Positions 1-13,084 of a stretch of 64,000 nucleotides of DNA are shown here, piece after piece. This DNA comes from Eledone cirrhosa (lineage: Eukaryota): NCBI GenBank assembly GCA_964016885.1, contig OZ024741.1, positions 395,126,001 through 395,190,000 of the forward strand. The letters are read 5' to 3'. The position numbers were made by a program, and so were the translations under genes. Within the stretch, counting starts at the first letter, position 1. Each line of letters opens with the position of its first letter. The notes below the pieces were generated by a model. The model searched no databases. It had not been told where the DNA came from and saw only the letters and a program-made list of their open reading frames with translations.

Positions 1-340
1 CATCCCTCCCATGCTAATCTGATCACCTAGGTACTGGAAAATATCAACTTCTATAGAACCCGCCTGCATTTGAAAAATGTGTCTATCACTGTGATTACTA
101 CTGTCAACTTTCACTGTACATCTACTGCATACGTAGTTTTCCCTACCTGTTAGTTTGCCTGCTATCCCACTACATCTCTTGTGTACCCAAGATCTGCATT
201 GCGTACATTTTATAAAATTTATGCCAGTTCCTTTTCTACATATCGAACATGGCCATTTCCCTGATGGAATCAGAGTTTTGTCTTTATTCTACTTATCAAT
301 ACTTTTGTCTTAGCTAGGTTCACTCTCAGTCTTCTTGATT
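1..340 (-). mobile_element. RTE-clade LINE fragment (post-RT region), degraded
   Basis: Minus strand reads LRVNLAKTKVLISR..IPSGKWPCSICRK..CTQCRSWVHKRCSG, matching the RTE copies at 26.4, 31.0 and 42.6 kb. Confidence 0.75.
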
Positions 341-1107
341 CCAACTGCTGTTTCCATTATTAATATTCGGTTTGTTAAATTTTGCTGGCTATCTAACTCG
401 GAAAAATGGAATATACTCTCACAACTGGCTTCACATAAACACTGCTTAAATATACGCCTTGACTGCTTTAATCACTGTCCACACAAAGCAAAATTCATTC
501 TGAGTAAATGGTATAGACCTGACTAACTAATTCGAATATCAAGAAATATATTTCTTTGAATTACTAATTTGTGTTTCAAGGAATTTGATTTCTTTGAATT
601 ACTAACTTAACATAAATTTCCCTACATTTGATATTAGTTTTAAGGTAGTTATCTCCCTTAGACCTATCTCATGATTTTGGTTATTTATAGCCATCTATAG
701 ATATTTTCGAAATTACCTACCTTTGAAGAGCTCTTATATATTCTTCCCAAAAGAGATTACATTCAATCCTTAGTGGCCATCTTTGTTTTATAACAGGCTG
801 AAGGGGTTGGGTGTATAACCCAACGAAACTTAAGTTCCAGTATATGTCACTATTGTAACTAATTATATATATATATATATGTATATAATTTATTCCATAT
901 AAAAATGAATTCTACAGAACTATAATTGCTTTATTTGTTTGAAATCCTCTGGAAATAAATGAAACAATTTTAGTCGTATAGAAGTAATTTCTATATGAAA
1001 TATACAATGTACTTTCTCTACAAATGTATTGAGTACTTTATTTAACTGTGGTCTTTTTCTGTTTCTCTTCCCAAAATCATTCTTAATCAAGTATATATAT
1101 ATATATA

Positions 1108-1330
1108 GTAATAATAATAAATTTGAAGACTAAAATCCAAAGGAGGCTCGATAAGGATAAATATATATCAAATATATAAGAACCGTAGAGCAAATATTTA
1201 TTAAAATAACAGATTAAAGTTTAAGCAAAGAATCGCTGCTTTCACCCTTAACAAGATCTTCTGAAACTTAAGTTAAGGGTGAAAGCAGCGATTCTTTGCT
1301 TAAACTTTAATCTGTTATTTTAATAAATAT
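1108..1330. mobile_element. Penelope pseudo-LTR derivative with perfect 59-bp inverted repeat (family A)
   Basis: Arms 1194-1252 and 1272-1330 are exact reverse complements. The element is flanked by (TA)n. 1108-1268 is the reverse complement of the sequence just upstream of the Penelope ORF (about 38165-38330). Confidence 0.8.
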
Positions 1331-1340
1331 ATATATATAT

Positions 1341-1610
1341 ATTCATTTAGGTTTGTTGGTTCACCACTGGATAGAACTGGTCATTCCGTATAGTCAATCG
1401 TGATGTAATATTGGGAAAACCACTCAACGTAATGCAACTCCCCCATCTTCGTTTATGTTGAATCTTGATGGTAGTGCGAGAACAGAGTTAATTATTTTTT
1501 AGTAAAATGACAGGTGGCTGGACTGGTGAAATTCCTTAAAAGTTTATTATAAACAGTATGCACATTTCAATGACTGAGCTCTGCAAAAACCCGGTGACAT
1601 CATCAGGTAT
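1341..1610 (-). mobile_element. Solo PLE pseudo-LTR-like unit with hammerhead-like core (family B)
   Basis: Reverse-complement homolog of 29709-29968. Minus strand has ATAC-CTGATGA-TGTCACCGGG...CAGTCATT-GAAA-TGTGCATA. Abuts (TA)n. Confidence 0.65.
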
Positions 1611-1637
1611 TACAAAATTTATCTAATAAAGGAATAT

Positions 1638-1819
1638 AATAATTGTTTCTACTTTTGGCACAAGGCCAGCAATTACCCAGTGTATTACTGAACTTTATTT
1701 TATCGACCCCGTAAGGATGAAAGGCAAAGTTAACCTCGGCAGGATTTGAACTCAGATCATAAAGGGACGTAACTCTATGCTTCAAAGCATGGCGTCCGAC
1801 TCTCTACCGATACTGCCAA
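1638..1819 (-). mobile_element. tRNA-derived SINE (cephalopod-type)
   Basis: Reverse complement of the 3355/4414/19409 copies, with B-box GAGTTCAAATCC and tail GTAGAAACAATTATT. Confidence 0.85.
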
Positions 1820-1990
1820 AGGAATATAATAATGGTAGACACAATCGAAGGGGCTGAAAAGTAGAGAGAAATGTTTAAGACCTGAAGGCAGCCAGAGCCA
1901 GCAGTTGCCAGCCTGGGTGATCGCCTTCCAGTGAGGAATCTACTTAATTTCATCTTGTCGGTTTGGTTAGGGAGCTGTATGCCAAGTATA

Positions 1991-2030
<40 letters not shown>

Positions 2031-3354
2031 CAATTTATGATTCATCACTGTTACTAATGTAAATTACACACGTGGTCAGTCAAACAATCTGATGAATGAA
2101 GATAGGTATCAGAACTGCAGAGTGCTCATAAAGTTGCTCATAAAGTTGCTTGAGGACAAGTCACATAGTTAAGGGACTGTTGCTGATTGAGAGGAAGATG
2201 ATAGAGCTAGTAAAATATAAGGGTTAAGTGAGATAATTCAATCCAGGTCTAAAATTACCTTTAAGGAAGGCCATTCTACATTACTCATATATGAATTCAA
2301 CATATTCATTTTGTTTAGTTGGTTGAACATTTTCCAGGTGAAACGTCCATTAATGCTAACAGTTGGATAATCCCTCATATTACTGACTGCAGCTTCATAG
2401 TTATGTAAAGTTTACAGTTATGCAATCATCATCCACCATTTTATGTCTGTTTTTATATGCCTGCATGGGTTGGATGGGTCCTTTCCTACACAGCATCTCT
2501 CCACTTGTTGCAATCCTTTGTCAACCCGACTGTTTCCAAAGCCAGACTTCTTCTCTAGCTCTTCTACTGATTTAGCTATAAGAATCAGGTTGTTGGCAAA
2601 CAGAAGTTCCCATGGATTTTAAATTCCTTTGTTATGGCTGGAGAATTATATTAAACAGCAATCTATTAGAATATTGCCTAGCTCAGTCAACAATATTCCG
2701 TATTATTGATGGCTGATCAGACCCTTGATCTCTGAGCTTCTAGATAAATTAGGAAAGGAAATTTGACTTAAAAGAGTAAAGATGCTGATAATAATAATCA
2801 TTGAAAGTATCTTTGATAGGACCTACTATATAGTTATATTTGATGCTGTCCTCAGGTATAATGGAGGCTTAATATACAACTCCTTTGAAAACACAGAACT
2901 TTTTATGTGGGCAAGTTGATTTTGATACTTTCAGGTTGACTGTTGATATGGGGGTTGTGTGTATACATGTTTTTTCCACTCCTACAAGCTTTATGGCTTG
3001 TGAGTGAGCTGTTTTTAGCATTCCCCCTGCCTACTACTGTCCTAGATTGTCACAGTTTTTGTCACAGGTGCTATAACAACACATGGGCTTTTGTTTCAAC
3101 TCACACTTAATAATGGACAGTTAATATATTGCCTAATTAATTAGATGACCTACTGATGAGGGTTGGCTTCTTTACATTATTAATTATCCATTTAATTATG
3201 GTAATTGTTCTGTTTTCTCAAGATAACATTGTCTAGGACTAGATTAGAACTATATATTGCGAATGTAATGTAAATATTTTTAATGTTCTGCTTGATTCTC
3301 TATTATTTATTTGCAAGATATTAAAAATGTTGTATTCATAACATTATCTGTTAT

Positions 3355-3683
3355 CGGTGAATTGGCAGTATCAGTAGAGGGTTGGACGCCATGCTTTCTA
3401 GCATAGTTACGTCCCTTTACGGTTTGAGTTCAAATCCCGTCGAGGTTAACTTTGCCTTTCATCCTTACGGGGTCGATAAAATAAAGTACCAGTAGTGTAC
3501 TGGGTAATTGCTGGTCTTGTGCCAAAAGTAGAAACAATTATCTGTTATAAGGGTGGTGGATTGGCAGTATCGGTAGAGGGTTGGACGCCATGCTTTGTAG
3601 CACAGTTATGTCCCTTTATGGACTGAGTTCAAATCCTGCCGAGGTTAACTTTGCCTTTCATCCTTACGGGGTCGATAAAATAA
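3355..3683 (+). mobile_element. Two tandem tRNA-derived SINEs (second 3'-truncated)
   Basis: Copies at 3355-3541 and 3552-3683 with A-box-like TGGCAGTATC.GT and B-box GAGTTCAAATCC. ATCTGTTAT is repeated before, between and after the copies. Confidence 0.85.
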
Positions 3684-4413
3684 ATCTGTTATAAGTGCGA
3701 TTTGTGTTTGGTATTTTGAGCAGTTATGGTGCATTGAGTTGATATTTTGTATATGGACGTTAAACAGTGATGATAATGATGATGATATATTTATCAGGTT
3801 CATCATGCTGTAAGAGGATCACTGTGGTTTTACCACAACTATTTCATATCCCTGTCTCTCTCTCTCTCTCCAGATAAATTTACAAAAACATAGGTTTTCC
3901 ATATGGGTGTTTGTGCACTCAGTCCACTTCCCTAAACTTGTAAAATTCATAACCACTTGGAATAATTGCTGAAAAGCCCAGACACAATCTACTCAGAATC
4001 AAATCATTAGATTGAACTAATAACTATTAGAATCTATATCGCTCCAGACATCCTACATTTGCTATTGTACAAGCTTTCAACAAACATTCAGACAATCACT
4101 TAATTTTATATGCCTCTATAGCTGGGTATAAGCACATTTCTGTCAGCATTATACTGATCACTACTTTAAACACAAGACCAGTTATTTTGGAGGGAGAGGA
4201 AGTTGATTAAATCTATCCCAGTACTTGACTGGTACCTTATCTTATCAACCCTGGCAAGATTTGAACTCAGGACATAAAAGCTGGAAAAAATACTGCTACA
4301 AATTTGTCAGATGCTCTAATGACACTACAAATCCAATCTAACCGAAGTTGACATTTGAAAGTTTTAACAGAAGTGAATCTTGAAATAAGCAATACATTAT
4401 ATACAAGATTATT

Positions 4414-4600
4414 CGGTGAATTGGCAGTATCGGTAGAGGGTCGGACGCCATGCTTTCCAGCATAGTTACGTCCCTTTACGATCTGAGTTCAAATCCCGCC
4501 GAGGTTGACTTTGCCCTTCATCCTTACGGGGTCGATAAAATAAAGTACCAGTAATGCACTGGGTAATTGCTGGCCTTGTGCCTAACGTAGAAACAATTAT
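4414..4600 (+). mobile_element. tRNA-derived SINE, full length
   Basis: Near-identical to the 19409 copy, with B-box and GTAGAAACAATTATT tail. Confidence 0.9.
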
Positions 4601-5035
4601 TTATGTTTAATCAAGAGCTAAATTACATAATATTCATTCATGATTTATTCAAAGTAATCCAACTTATTTTAATAAGTGATGTAAAATAATAAATTGGTAT
4701 CTGTTTTGAATCCAATTCCATGCTCCTCAACTCAAATAAATCTTTGTTTATCTGTCTTTTCTCTTTTATAGTACTTCTACTAAGTGATTTCTTCAAGAAC
4801 ATTTTATTCTTTTAGCTTTTATAAATTCAGAAACCCATCTGGTACCCTACTTATTACCTTCAAATAATATATTCCCTAATCAATCTCCCAATGGTTTCTT
4901 TATGTCCAACAATGCAACACAGACTTAAAAAAAGAAAGATTGCTGTTGTTATTGAGAGAAACACAGTGAGAGAGCAAGAAAGAGAGAAAGAGAAAGAAAG
5001 GATTTTTTTTAGGGGAGGGGGTTCTGTATGTTCTT

Positions 5036-6840
5036 CAACATACAATACTTATAAAAAGAAAGTCTGTTTGTTTGTTTGTACATTGGCCGCTAATGACACT
5101 AAATAAAATTGGTAATAATTAAGGTTTTTCGTGTGTTTTCAACTAATCCAGCCTCTGACATGCTTGTAATTGACTTTTTCTCTGAAAACAGATCGGTGGT
5201 AGTTGTGGGGAGTACCTGTGGATTTTCCTAGCCCCGGAAATTTCTTCAGTGGTAATTTTTTTCTATTCTAGGTTTTATCATTTGTTGTCGACTGATCTGA
5301 CATCTAACTCACTCGCCAATGACTCCTTTTTCTGAAAACAGAGACAGGGAGGCAGGGGGACTCTTGGAGTTACAGATAAGTACCTCTCAGATGTCTAAAT
5401 TTATAGAAAAGCACCCAATGGGTATCGTGAATAAATTCTTTTCTTCCTAGGTTTTTTGTGTGTTTTCAACTAATTTGCCCTCCGACATGTTTGTAATTAC
5501 CTTCTTTTCTGAAAATAGAATCGAGACAAGAAGAAGTGTCTCACAACACAGCATCATATTTATAACTAGATTACAACTAATACCAACAGATGTCCCCTTT
5601 TGATTCAAATGAATGCAATTCCCTGTGAGAGTCAGTTATGCATTGACCATTAACAAGTCCCTAGATCAAACACTGCAAGTTGTCAGTCCCCATCTAGAAG
5701 AGAGCGGTTTCTCACATGGTCAATTGTATGTAGGTTGTTCCAGAGTAGGAAGCCCCAACAAACTCTTTATATAGTAGAGTAGAGAGGGGGAGTGAGAGGT
5801 TGACTCTCGGAGATTTCTTCAGTTGAAATAACAGAGGTGGGAAGAGTGTTGGACACTCAGAATTACAGATAAGCATCTCTCAGTCGTTTAAATTTATAGA
5901 AAAGCAATCCCATGATACTGAAGGTTGTTTTGAATCTTCTTCATTATGTACTGTTGTGAAAAGCGTTGTATAATCAAGTGTTCCCCAATTTCAAAATCCA
6001 ACAAGGAATGGCTGTGTGAAAGAGCAAACTTTGCCTCCCAAAACATCACAGGGTATACCATCAACAAAAATCTCTCACAAATGATCACTTGAGGTAGCCA
6101 GACCTATAAATATATCGACAAAGTTGGCGACAAGGATGAGGCTGTTCATTATCCCGCTGAATTTCTCAACAGTCTAGAACCATCCGGTATGCTGCCACAC
6201 AACTTTGAATTTAAGAATGACAGAGTCATCATGCTTCTCAGAAACCTGGATTAACCATGATTGTGCAATGGGACATGCATGGTTGTGACTGAACTACAGC
6301 CTCACATTCTTGAAGTCGAAATCTTTACTGGATATGGTAAGGGAGACATCATATTTATAACTACATTACAGCTAATACCAACAGATGTCCCCTTTTGTTT
6401 ATAACGATTGCAATTTCCAGTAAGAGTCAGTTATGCAATGACCATTAACAAGCCCCAAGATCAAACACTGCAAGTTGTCAGTCTCCATCTAGAAGAGGGC
6501 TCTTTCTCACATGGTCAATTGTATGTAGGTTGTTCCAGAGTAGGAAGCCCCAACAAACTCTTCATATATGCTCCAAAGAAAAAAGTTTAAAACATTGTAT
6601 ATATTGAAGTTCTGTAAATGTTTTATAATTTTCATAGAATACATTTTTCTATTATTTTCTTTATCACTTTCTGTAATTATATATACTAAATAAATATTTA
6701 AAATTATGTTATGCAATATCTAAATACCTTTCAACATCTTTTATTTCAAGGAAAATGAGTACTATGATAGATGCCAATAGGTACCTTATAAATAGATTTG
6801 AGCAGAGTACAGACAAGGGTGAAGGTCAGGAGGCCACTAG
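5036..6840 (+). mobile_element. Internally deleted Helitron carrying the PIF1-helicase C-terminus
   Basis: About 5970-6590 reads EWLCERA..YPAEFLNSLEPSG..IMLLRNL..LCNGT..QFPVRVSYAMTINK..FSHGQLYVGCSRV with stops. The last motifs are duplicated at about 5555-5770. The 3' end is CTAG|T at 6837-6841, and the 5' region is ATAAAAAGAAAGTCTGTTTGTTTG. Confidence 0.85.
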
Positions 6841-9488
6841 TACAACAATCAAAATTTTAAACAGCCTGACATAGAAGCAGGCAAGAAAGATAGAAGAAAG
6901 GAAGAAATAAAGGGAGTTAAACATGTTGACAGATCAGTTCAGAATTAGGAAAGAAACCAGCCAATTTTGAACAACTCCACTTAAACTCACTAAATGTACT
7001 AACTCCTCCTCTGGACATTTCTACTATGTTCTCTTCTCACAAAATTTGTTTTCACTCTTAATGTGCTGGATACCTAAATGTATTTGTGAGTGAATAATAA
7101 TAATAATATAATAATATTATGATATTATAATATTTTAATTATTCACTCACAAATATCTCTTCTCACAGTTTATTCAAAACACATTATCAGATCTTTCTTT
7201 TGCAAATTATATTCTTCTGGTACTCTCTGGAACTTCCATTCAACAGCTAAACTATAGGAATTCAGGCTAAATATTGTTTATATCAATCTTACCTATCTGA
7301 CTTCAGAAAACATGAAAAGGCTATAGGCATTGCTCCTTCACCTCAGACAAATAAGTAAAATAAAAAGTGAACAAAACCAGGATAGTAACTAAAATGTTGT
7401 AGTCACTGGTTTTGACCATGAGGTATACTTTAGAGTGCAAATATGATTGAGTGACAAGGTAGAGTGGAATGTTTGAGAAAAAGGAATAAATAGAAAGATA
7501 ATTACTAACTTGCTGTAGTAGAAATGCAGTGAAACCAAGCAGAGCAACACAAACTAGAACAGCTCATACTAGAAATCTCCATAGATTTAAAATAGTTGTT
7601 GTAATAATATTGTAAGGAAGAAAAATATGAAAATTATTAGCTATGAGCAAGGGTGAGTCTTGTTCATTTTTTTAACAATCAAATTCAGACTGCCATTAGA
7701 TAATTATGTATAGACAACATATACAGTAAATTCATCAAACCATTTGTTAAAATATCAAGCCCAGTAGTGACAGTTTAATGAACAATTGCTCTACATTCAT
7801 CATCATTGTCAAATTATGCTTAATCACTGGTAAAACACAGGGCTTCATTCAGAAACACTTTTTCATTTCTAAGTGTTCTGGGTAAGATTTTGTGTATTGT
7901 AGTAAACTAGAATTTTTCTGGCAGTTTTGTCTGCACTATCACTTTTCTCATGACAACCTTCATAGCTTACAGTTGTGATCCATCTAGATTATTGGATTGT
8001 ATCATTAGCAACAGTAATATGGTATTTTTAGCCTCATACTTTGCCATTCAATCTCTTAATGTGTTGAATATCTGGTTTGGTAAACTACAAACACTTCATA
8101 CAACAAGTAGTTAATACAAAGGATTTCTAAATTGAATTATTGAAATGAATAAGCAAAACATGTTATCCGAATGATAAAATTAGTTCTAGACATACAAATA
8201 GTAGTTATAAGTTAAGGTAGTTGAGGTTGACGTAATGAAACTTGTGTTGAAAAGTTAGAGGACATACAGTAATTGGAAGAAACTAGTTATGCATTCAGTG
8301 CATACGTAGGGCTTAGTGCAAATCGGTTTAAAAAAAACCAGATATCATCTACTTGTGCTCCATATCCATACTTGCCTTGTCTACATAATGCACTTCTACT
8401 TCACTTGAAGATATTCCACATTTATTTTGCATGCATCTAAACTATAAGAAAGTAAGGAGTGCGGGACAGCGTCCAGAATATTTTTTTTTATCCCGTTTGT
8501 AAAATAAGTTGGATTACTTTGAATAAATAATGAATGAATATTATATAATTTATCTACTAAATTTCGTTATTCTTGATTAAATATAAATAATTTTGTCGCT
8601 TATTTTAAGATTCACTTCTTTAAAATTTTCAAATGTCAACACTTCCGGTTAGCGATCGCTTAAATAAAGTCATATATTTCCGTCAATGGATTACGTTACT
8701 GATTACATAAAACAGTGTAACACAGCCTTCATTCAATTTCTGTGTATATTGTCAATTACGATTTTATTTAATGTATCATATCTACATGTATATATACTTG
8801 TGTATAATATCAATATGCACACTACACATGCTAGCAGAAAATCACCTGAAGGGTGGTTTTTCTGCTAGTCATTACTTTAAAACATTTCACTTTATACCAA
8901 CACCATATATTAGTTGCCCTTTACAAGATGAGAGAAACCTTTTGTTTCAAACAAAGAATAGCAGTTATCAACATGTTGTACATATTCTCAATGCTATCAT
9001 TTTAGCTGCAGTATTGTTACAACCCCACTTCCAGTACTAAATATATTACATACAGAGCAGATCCTATTAGGGATTTGATTGCCAGGCAAATTACCCAAGA
9101 TCTTGGAGTACATTTGTGTTTTCTTTTATTTGCACTGATCTCTTGTATACATTTACTGTTGCTGCTGAATTTGTGTGGTCTCATCCATTAAAAACACCAT
9201 TTGAGATTCATACTGATAACTCATGCATTAGTTTTGGCTCAAGCCTCAATTTCTAAATTTAAAATTTCTTTTTATTGAGGTGATGAAAAATCTATTTTAC
9301 CTACATAACAATAATTTAGAAAAGAAATTCAATTTTGCATGTTTTGGCAAATTTTAAGTTCTTCAGCAAAGAAAAAAAGGCATGACCTCTGGAATCCTTT
9401 CAATATTTGGTTTGGTAAGTTGTACAGATTCATCAAATGAGCAGTTGATACTAAGGACTTCTTGGTTGGACTACTGAAATAAGCAAGT

Positions 9489-9971
9489 GCCATATATACT
9501 TATACACTCATATATAAGACAAAAAATATGTGACAGAAAAAAATTCGATGATAAAATAGGAGTCAGCTTATATTCAAGATCAATATTTTGCCAATTTTCA
9601 CCAACTTCAAAATTCTATGTAAATGAGGTGCTACAATATTTTTGCTTTGGAGGTAAATACTACATCAGTTTCATTTTCAACACAAAATTCATATTTCCTA
9701 TTAATTTTGATGTGTTTTGAGTGAATATGATCTTCAAAATGGCTGGAAATCATTACGTGAAACAAAAACTATATTATAAATGACACATAAAACATTTTAA
9801 ATATCAAAATATTAAAATTTCATAAATATATTCTCTACCCATGAGCATTTCAAAACCACGTCATCTAAACATAATGTGTTCATTACCTGCCTCATTTATA
9901 AATAAAGGGTTTTTTTTTGCTTATTTATCAGACATAAAATGAGGGTCGGTTTATATTTGAGTATATACAGT
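9489..9971. mobile_element. Tc1/mariner-pogo type non-autonomous element (MITE), degraded
   Basis: Right end GTCGGTTTATATTTGAGTATATACAGTA, with a degraded inverted counterpart CATATATAC..TCATATATAAGAC at the left. The subterminal motif ATAAAAT.RG.GTC.G.TTATATT is repeated internally. Confidence 0.45.
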
Positions 9972-10559
9972 AAGTAATCTTATCTTAAGTATATAATTAG
10001 TTTTAGATGTAGACTAATAGAAGTTACTGTTCAAAGTTGAACAGTAACAGAAAAGCAGACTAACCCAACCCAACTCAATCCAAAACTTTGTTACTTGACA
10101 ACCATTTCTCAAAACCAAGAGTAAAGAGGAGTGAATGAAGAGAGATTCTTGATGCATTATCATTTGTGAAATGAAATCTTCAGAGTAGATTGGTGATGAT
10201 GATTTGAATACGTTAATATATAATTTAGCTCTAAAATCATTCAGCAACATCTACCACATTTATTAATGCCCTAACTATTGTGTATAAAAGTCCTTTTAAA
10301 AGTATTCTGAAGGTTAATAACTTCAAGATGGTAGTACTTCCTTACTGAAATACTTACTTCTGTTGCTGTTGTATCATGAAAATATTCAATAAAATACAGT
10401 ATAACTCCATCCTGTATCAATAAATAACACTGGTGACCTTTAATATGTAACTGTAGATGTTTTCAGCATAAGAAAATGTGAGAGATACTGTATGAACTCA
10501 AATATATTGTTCAAAAGAATATTTTGTTTAGATGTTCATAAATAAATATAATAAAACAA

Positions 10560-11170
10560 GAGTTCAATTAACAGCAAAGTGAACTCTTGTTTTATTAGCT
10601 TCTCTTAAATGTTTTCTCGTCTGAGGAGAATGATGAAGCATATGTAGTGAAAGACTTTGCTTCAAATATTCCTATAAATGAAGACCAGGTTGAAAAACAA
10701 CTTTATTTATAAAAGTTGTTTGCTAGCAATTCTGCATTCTCAAATTAGTCTGAGGAAATCCTTCAGAAATTCACTTGATGTATTGTATTCGCTTCATCTG
10801 AGTTTGTTCTTGTGCCAGATATTAGTTGTTCACTATTGATCTTCCTTAAGTGTCACAATATCAAACCTATAGAGTCTTCCACCTATTTCAACTCAGCTAT
10901 GACACTATGTCATAAATTGCCATTAGTGAGAGTATCGTTCTATATCAAGGTTTGAGGCTGCTGTACCAATAAGTCTATGCTAATGCCATCCACATAAATA
11001 TACTCTACTATTTAGAAAGAAGGCAAAAAAGGCCGCTTTACTCAGATCTATGACAAAGCTGTATATTCTTTATATAATGGTTTGATGTGTGAATGGCAGG
11101 ATAGCAGTCAGGATTTTGAGCTTTATTGTTCAGTCCAATCGATTTGAGTGTGATGGAAGGTATTGTCATA
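10560..11170 (-). pseudogene. Highly degraded LINE reverse-transcriptase remnant
   Basis: Minus strand YSFVIDLSKAAF resembles the LINE RT motif (F.D..KAFD). Many stops; boundaries approximate. Confidence 0.35.
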
Positions 11171-11548
11171 AAATTAAGAACACAAGGTTAAAATACCTTT
11201 TTTAAAACCTTTTATCTTTGTACAAAAAGGCAAATTTCAAGAGTCCTCACTCAAGGGTTCTTATACACAGGTGATGCAGCATATAATGAATTTACTGGAA
11301 AGATAAAACCACCTTTAACTTTTGTTCTTTGACAAAGAATTACCACTTTTTCTGATATATGTGCTCAAGAAAAATCTTACTATTATGAAACATTTTCTGT
11401 ATCTTGTTTTCATAATTGGGACTTAGTAAGAATACTATAAAAAAAGTGAATTTCACTGTGGATACCCAAGGGCCAGCTGATGATGTGAAACTAACAACAT
11501 GTTAAGCCTAACATTAATTTTTAAAGTTCTGTGTCTCTGGTACTTTAG

Positions 11549-11762
11549 ATGGAGGATGGAAGCTCCACTATTCAGGTGTGGCACCAGAAATGACTGCACA
11601 AGCAGAAGTGGGGATACTCACAAGCCCCAGCTGTCAGAATGTGTTATGGACTCTTGAAGCTTAGGCTGAAAGCTAGGTCTCTGTGGGTGATGCAAGTTTA
11701 TGCACCCAAGAAGGAGTCTGAATACAGATCATTCCTTGATGAAGTCTCTGCAGCATTAGATG
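11549..11762 (+). mobile_element. RTE-type APE endonuclease fragment
   Basis: Reads GGWKLHYSGVAPEMTAQAEVGIL..LWVMQVYAPKKESEYRSFLDEV (APE YSG, GV, VYAP motifs). Confidence 0.65.
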
Positions 11763-12624
11763 TAGTTTAAAAAAAACATTATTTTATTGTGACACTGTTA
11801 CAGTACATCACATCTGAGTGACAATTATACATTTGCAACAATTATAGCTGAAATTGTTTGACCAGAGAAAAATGCTAGCAAATTATCATTGTTAATACTT
11901 CTTGTCAACTAACATACTTTCTCAGTATGTTAGTTGTTCTATAAAACAGGTTTCAAGTTAGGTAAACTGGCATACCTGAAATACAAATGGGATTGGCTCA
12001 TTAATATATCGTAGCGCAGAGCAGTAGGTCAGTGGATATATTTTAAAAGAAGTGTGGTACACTTATAATATTCTGAACCCAAATAAAATTATGTCAAGTT
12101 CATGAAGTAATTTACTTTTCATTAGGAAGTACATAAGAATGCATAATTAAAGAAAGATGACAGAACATTTGGAAATGGAATTGTCAATATTTTGATGCTC
12201 TAAGTTGTTAAAATATGTCAAAGAATGTTCGTTTTTTATTCATTCAATCATTCAATCAAAAACTGAAGAATACTTCCTCAAGAAAAATATCAAATGTTAA
12301 TTTTATAAAATTTTTTGAAAACTCTTATTTAAATATCATCATCATCATTGTCATTTTTACATTTTTTTTTATGCTTGCATGAGTCCTTTTCAGCACAGCA
12401 TTGCTTCACTCATTGTGTTCCTTTGACAGCTTGGCGAGTTTCAGTGATTTGAGATCACACTCTCACCACCTCCACCCAGGTCTTCCTTGATCTACCTCTA
12501 CTGCAGCATTCCTTTCACTGTCATGTCATGGCACTTCTTCACCCAGCAATCATCATCCATTCCCAAACAGTCTTCTTTTTTGCATACCACCATCATCACC
12601 ATCACTGCTTCTTATTATTATTTT

Positions 12625-12985
12625 TCTTTATAAAAAGTGTTGCGAGGGATTATTGATTTGTGAAAATGGATTGCAATAATGGACTGCAAAACTTGGAATG
12701 TAGTATATAGATAAGATGTACTGAGGGACAGTGTAGGAATAAGAATATAACATACATAGGTAAAACAACCCATAGCATAGAAGAAAGGATAAGTGAACAC
12801 TGGTGAGAACCCCAGGATGGGAAAAACTCATCAGTACTCCACCAACATGCCAAAATAGAACATAGGGGCACATTAGAGAACATAGAGATAGAAATTATAT
12901 CCATACACAGAAAAGATTCAATGCTCCGACAAATCACTGAGGCGACAAATATTAAACAGAAATTAAACAGAACCAACCCAAATTA
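12625..12985 (+). mobile_element. Penelope-like GIY-YIG endonuclease fragment
   Basis: Reads DCKTWNVVY/IRCTEGQCRNKNITYIGKTTHSIEERISEH..SVLHQH..RQITEA. Homologous at DNA level to 40385-40555. Confidence 0.75.
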
Positions 12986-13084
12986 AACAGAAAACATGAG
13001 TGGAATAGCAACATCACAACTAGTAATTAAGGACAAAATGAAGACATACAGACACACAAAAACCAAACTAACAAAACAAATCAG

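Noticed and set aside
3355-3445. tRNA gene
   Set aside because: A/B boxes belong to a SINE head; no cloverleaf or terminator, and it continues into the SINE body.
7200-8450. Possible remnant of a host gene (ion-channel-like) on the minus strand
   Set aside because: The frames examined had frequent stops and no diagnostic motif; judged to be chance resemblance.
11477-11500. CTGATGATGTGAAAC
   Set aside because: No room for stem II and no stem I partner.
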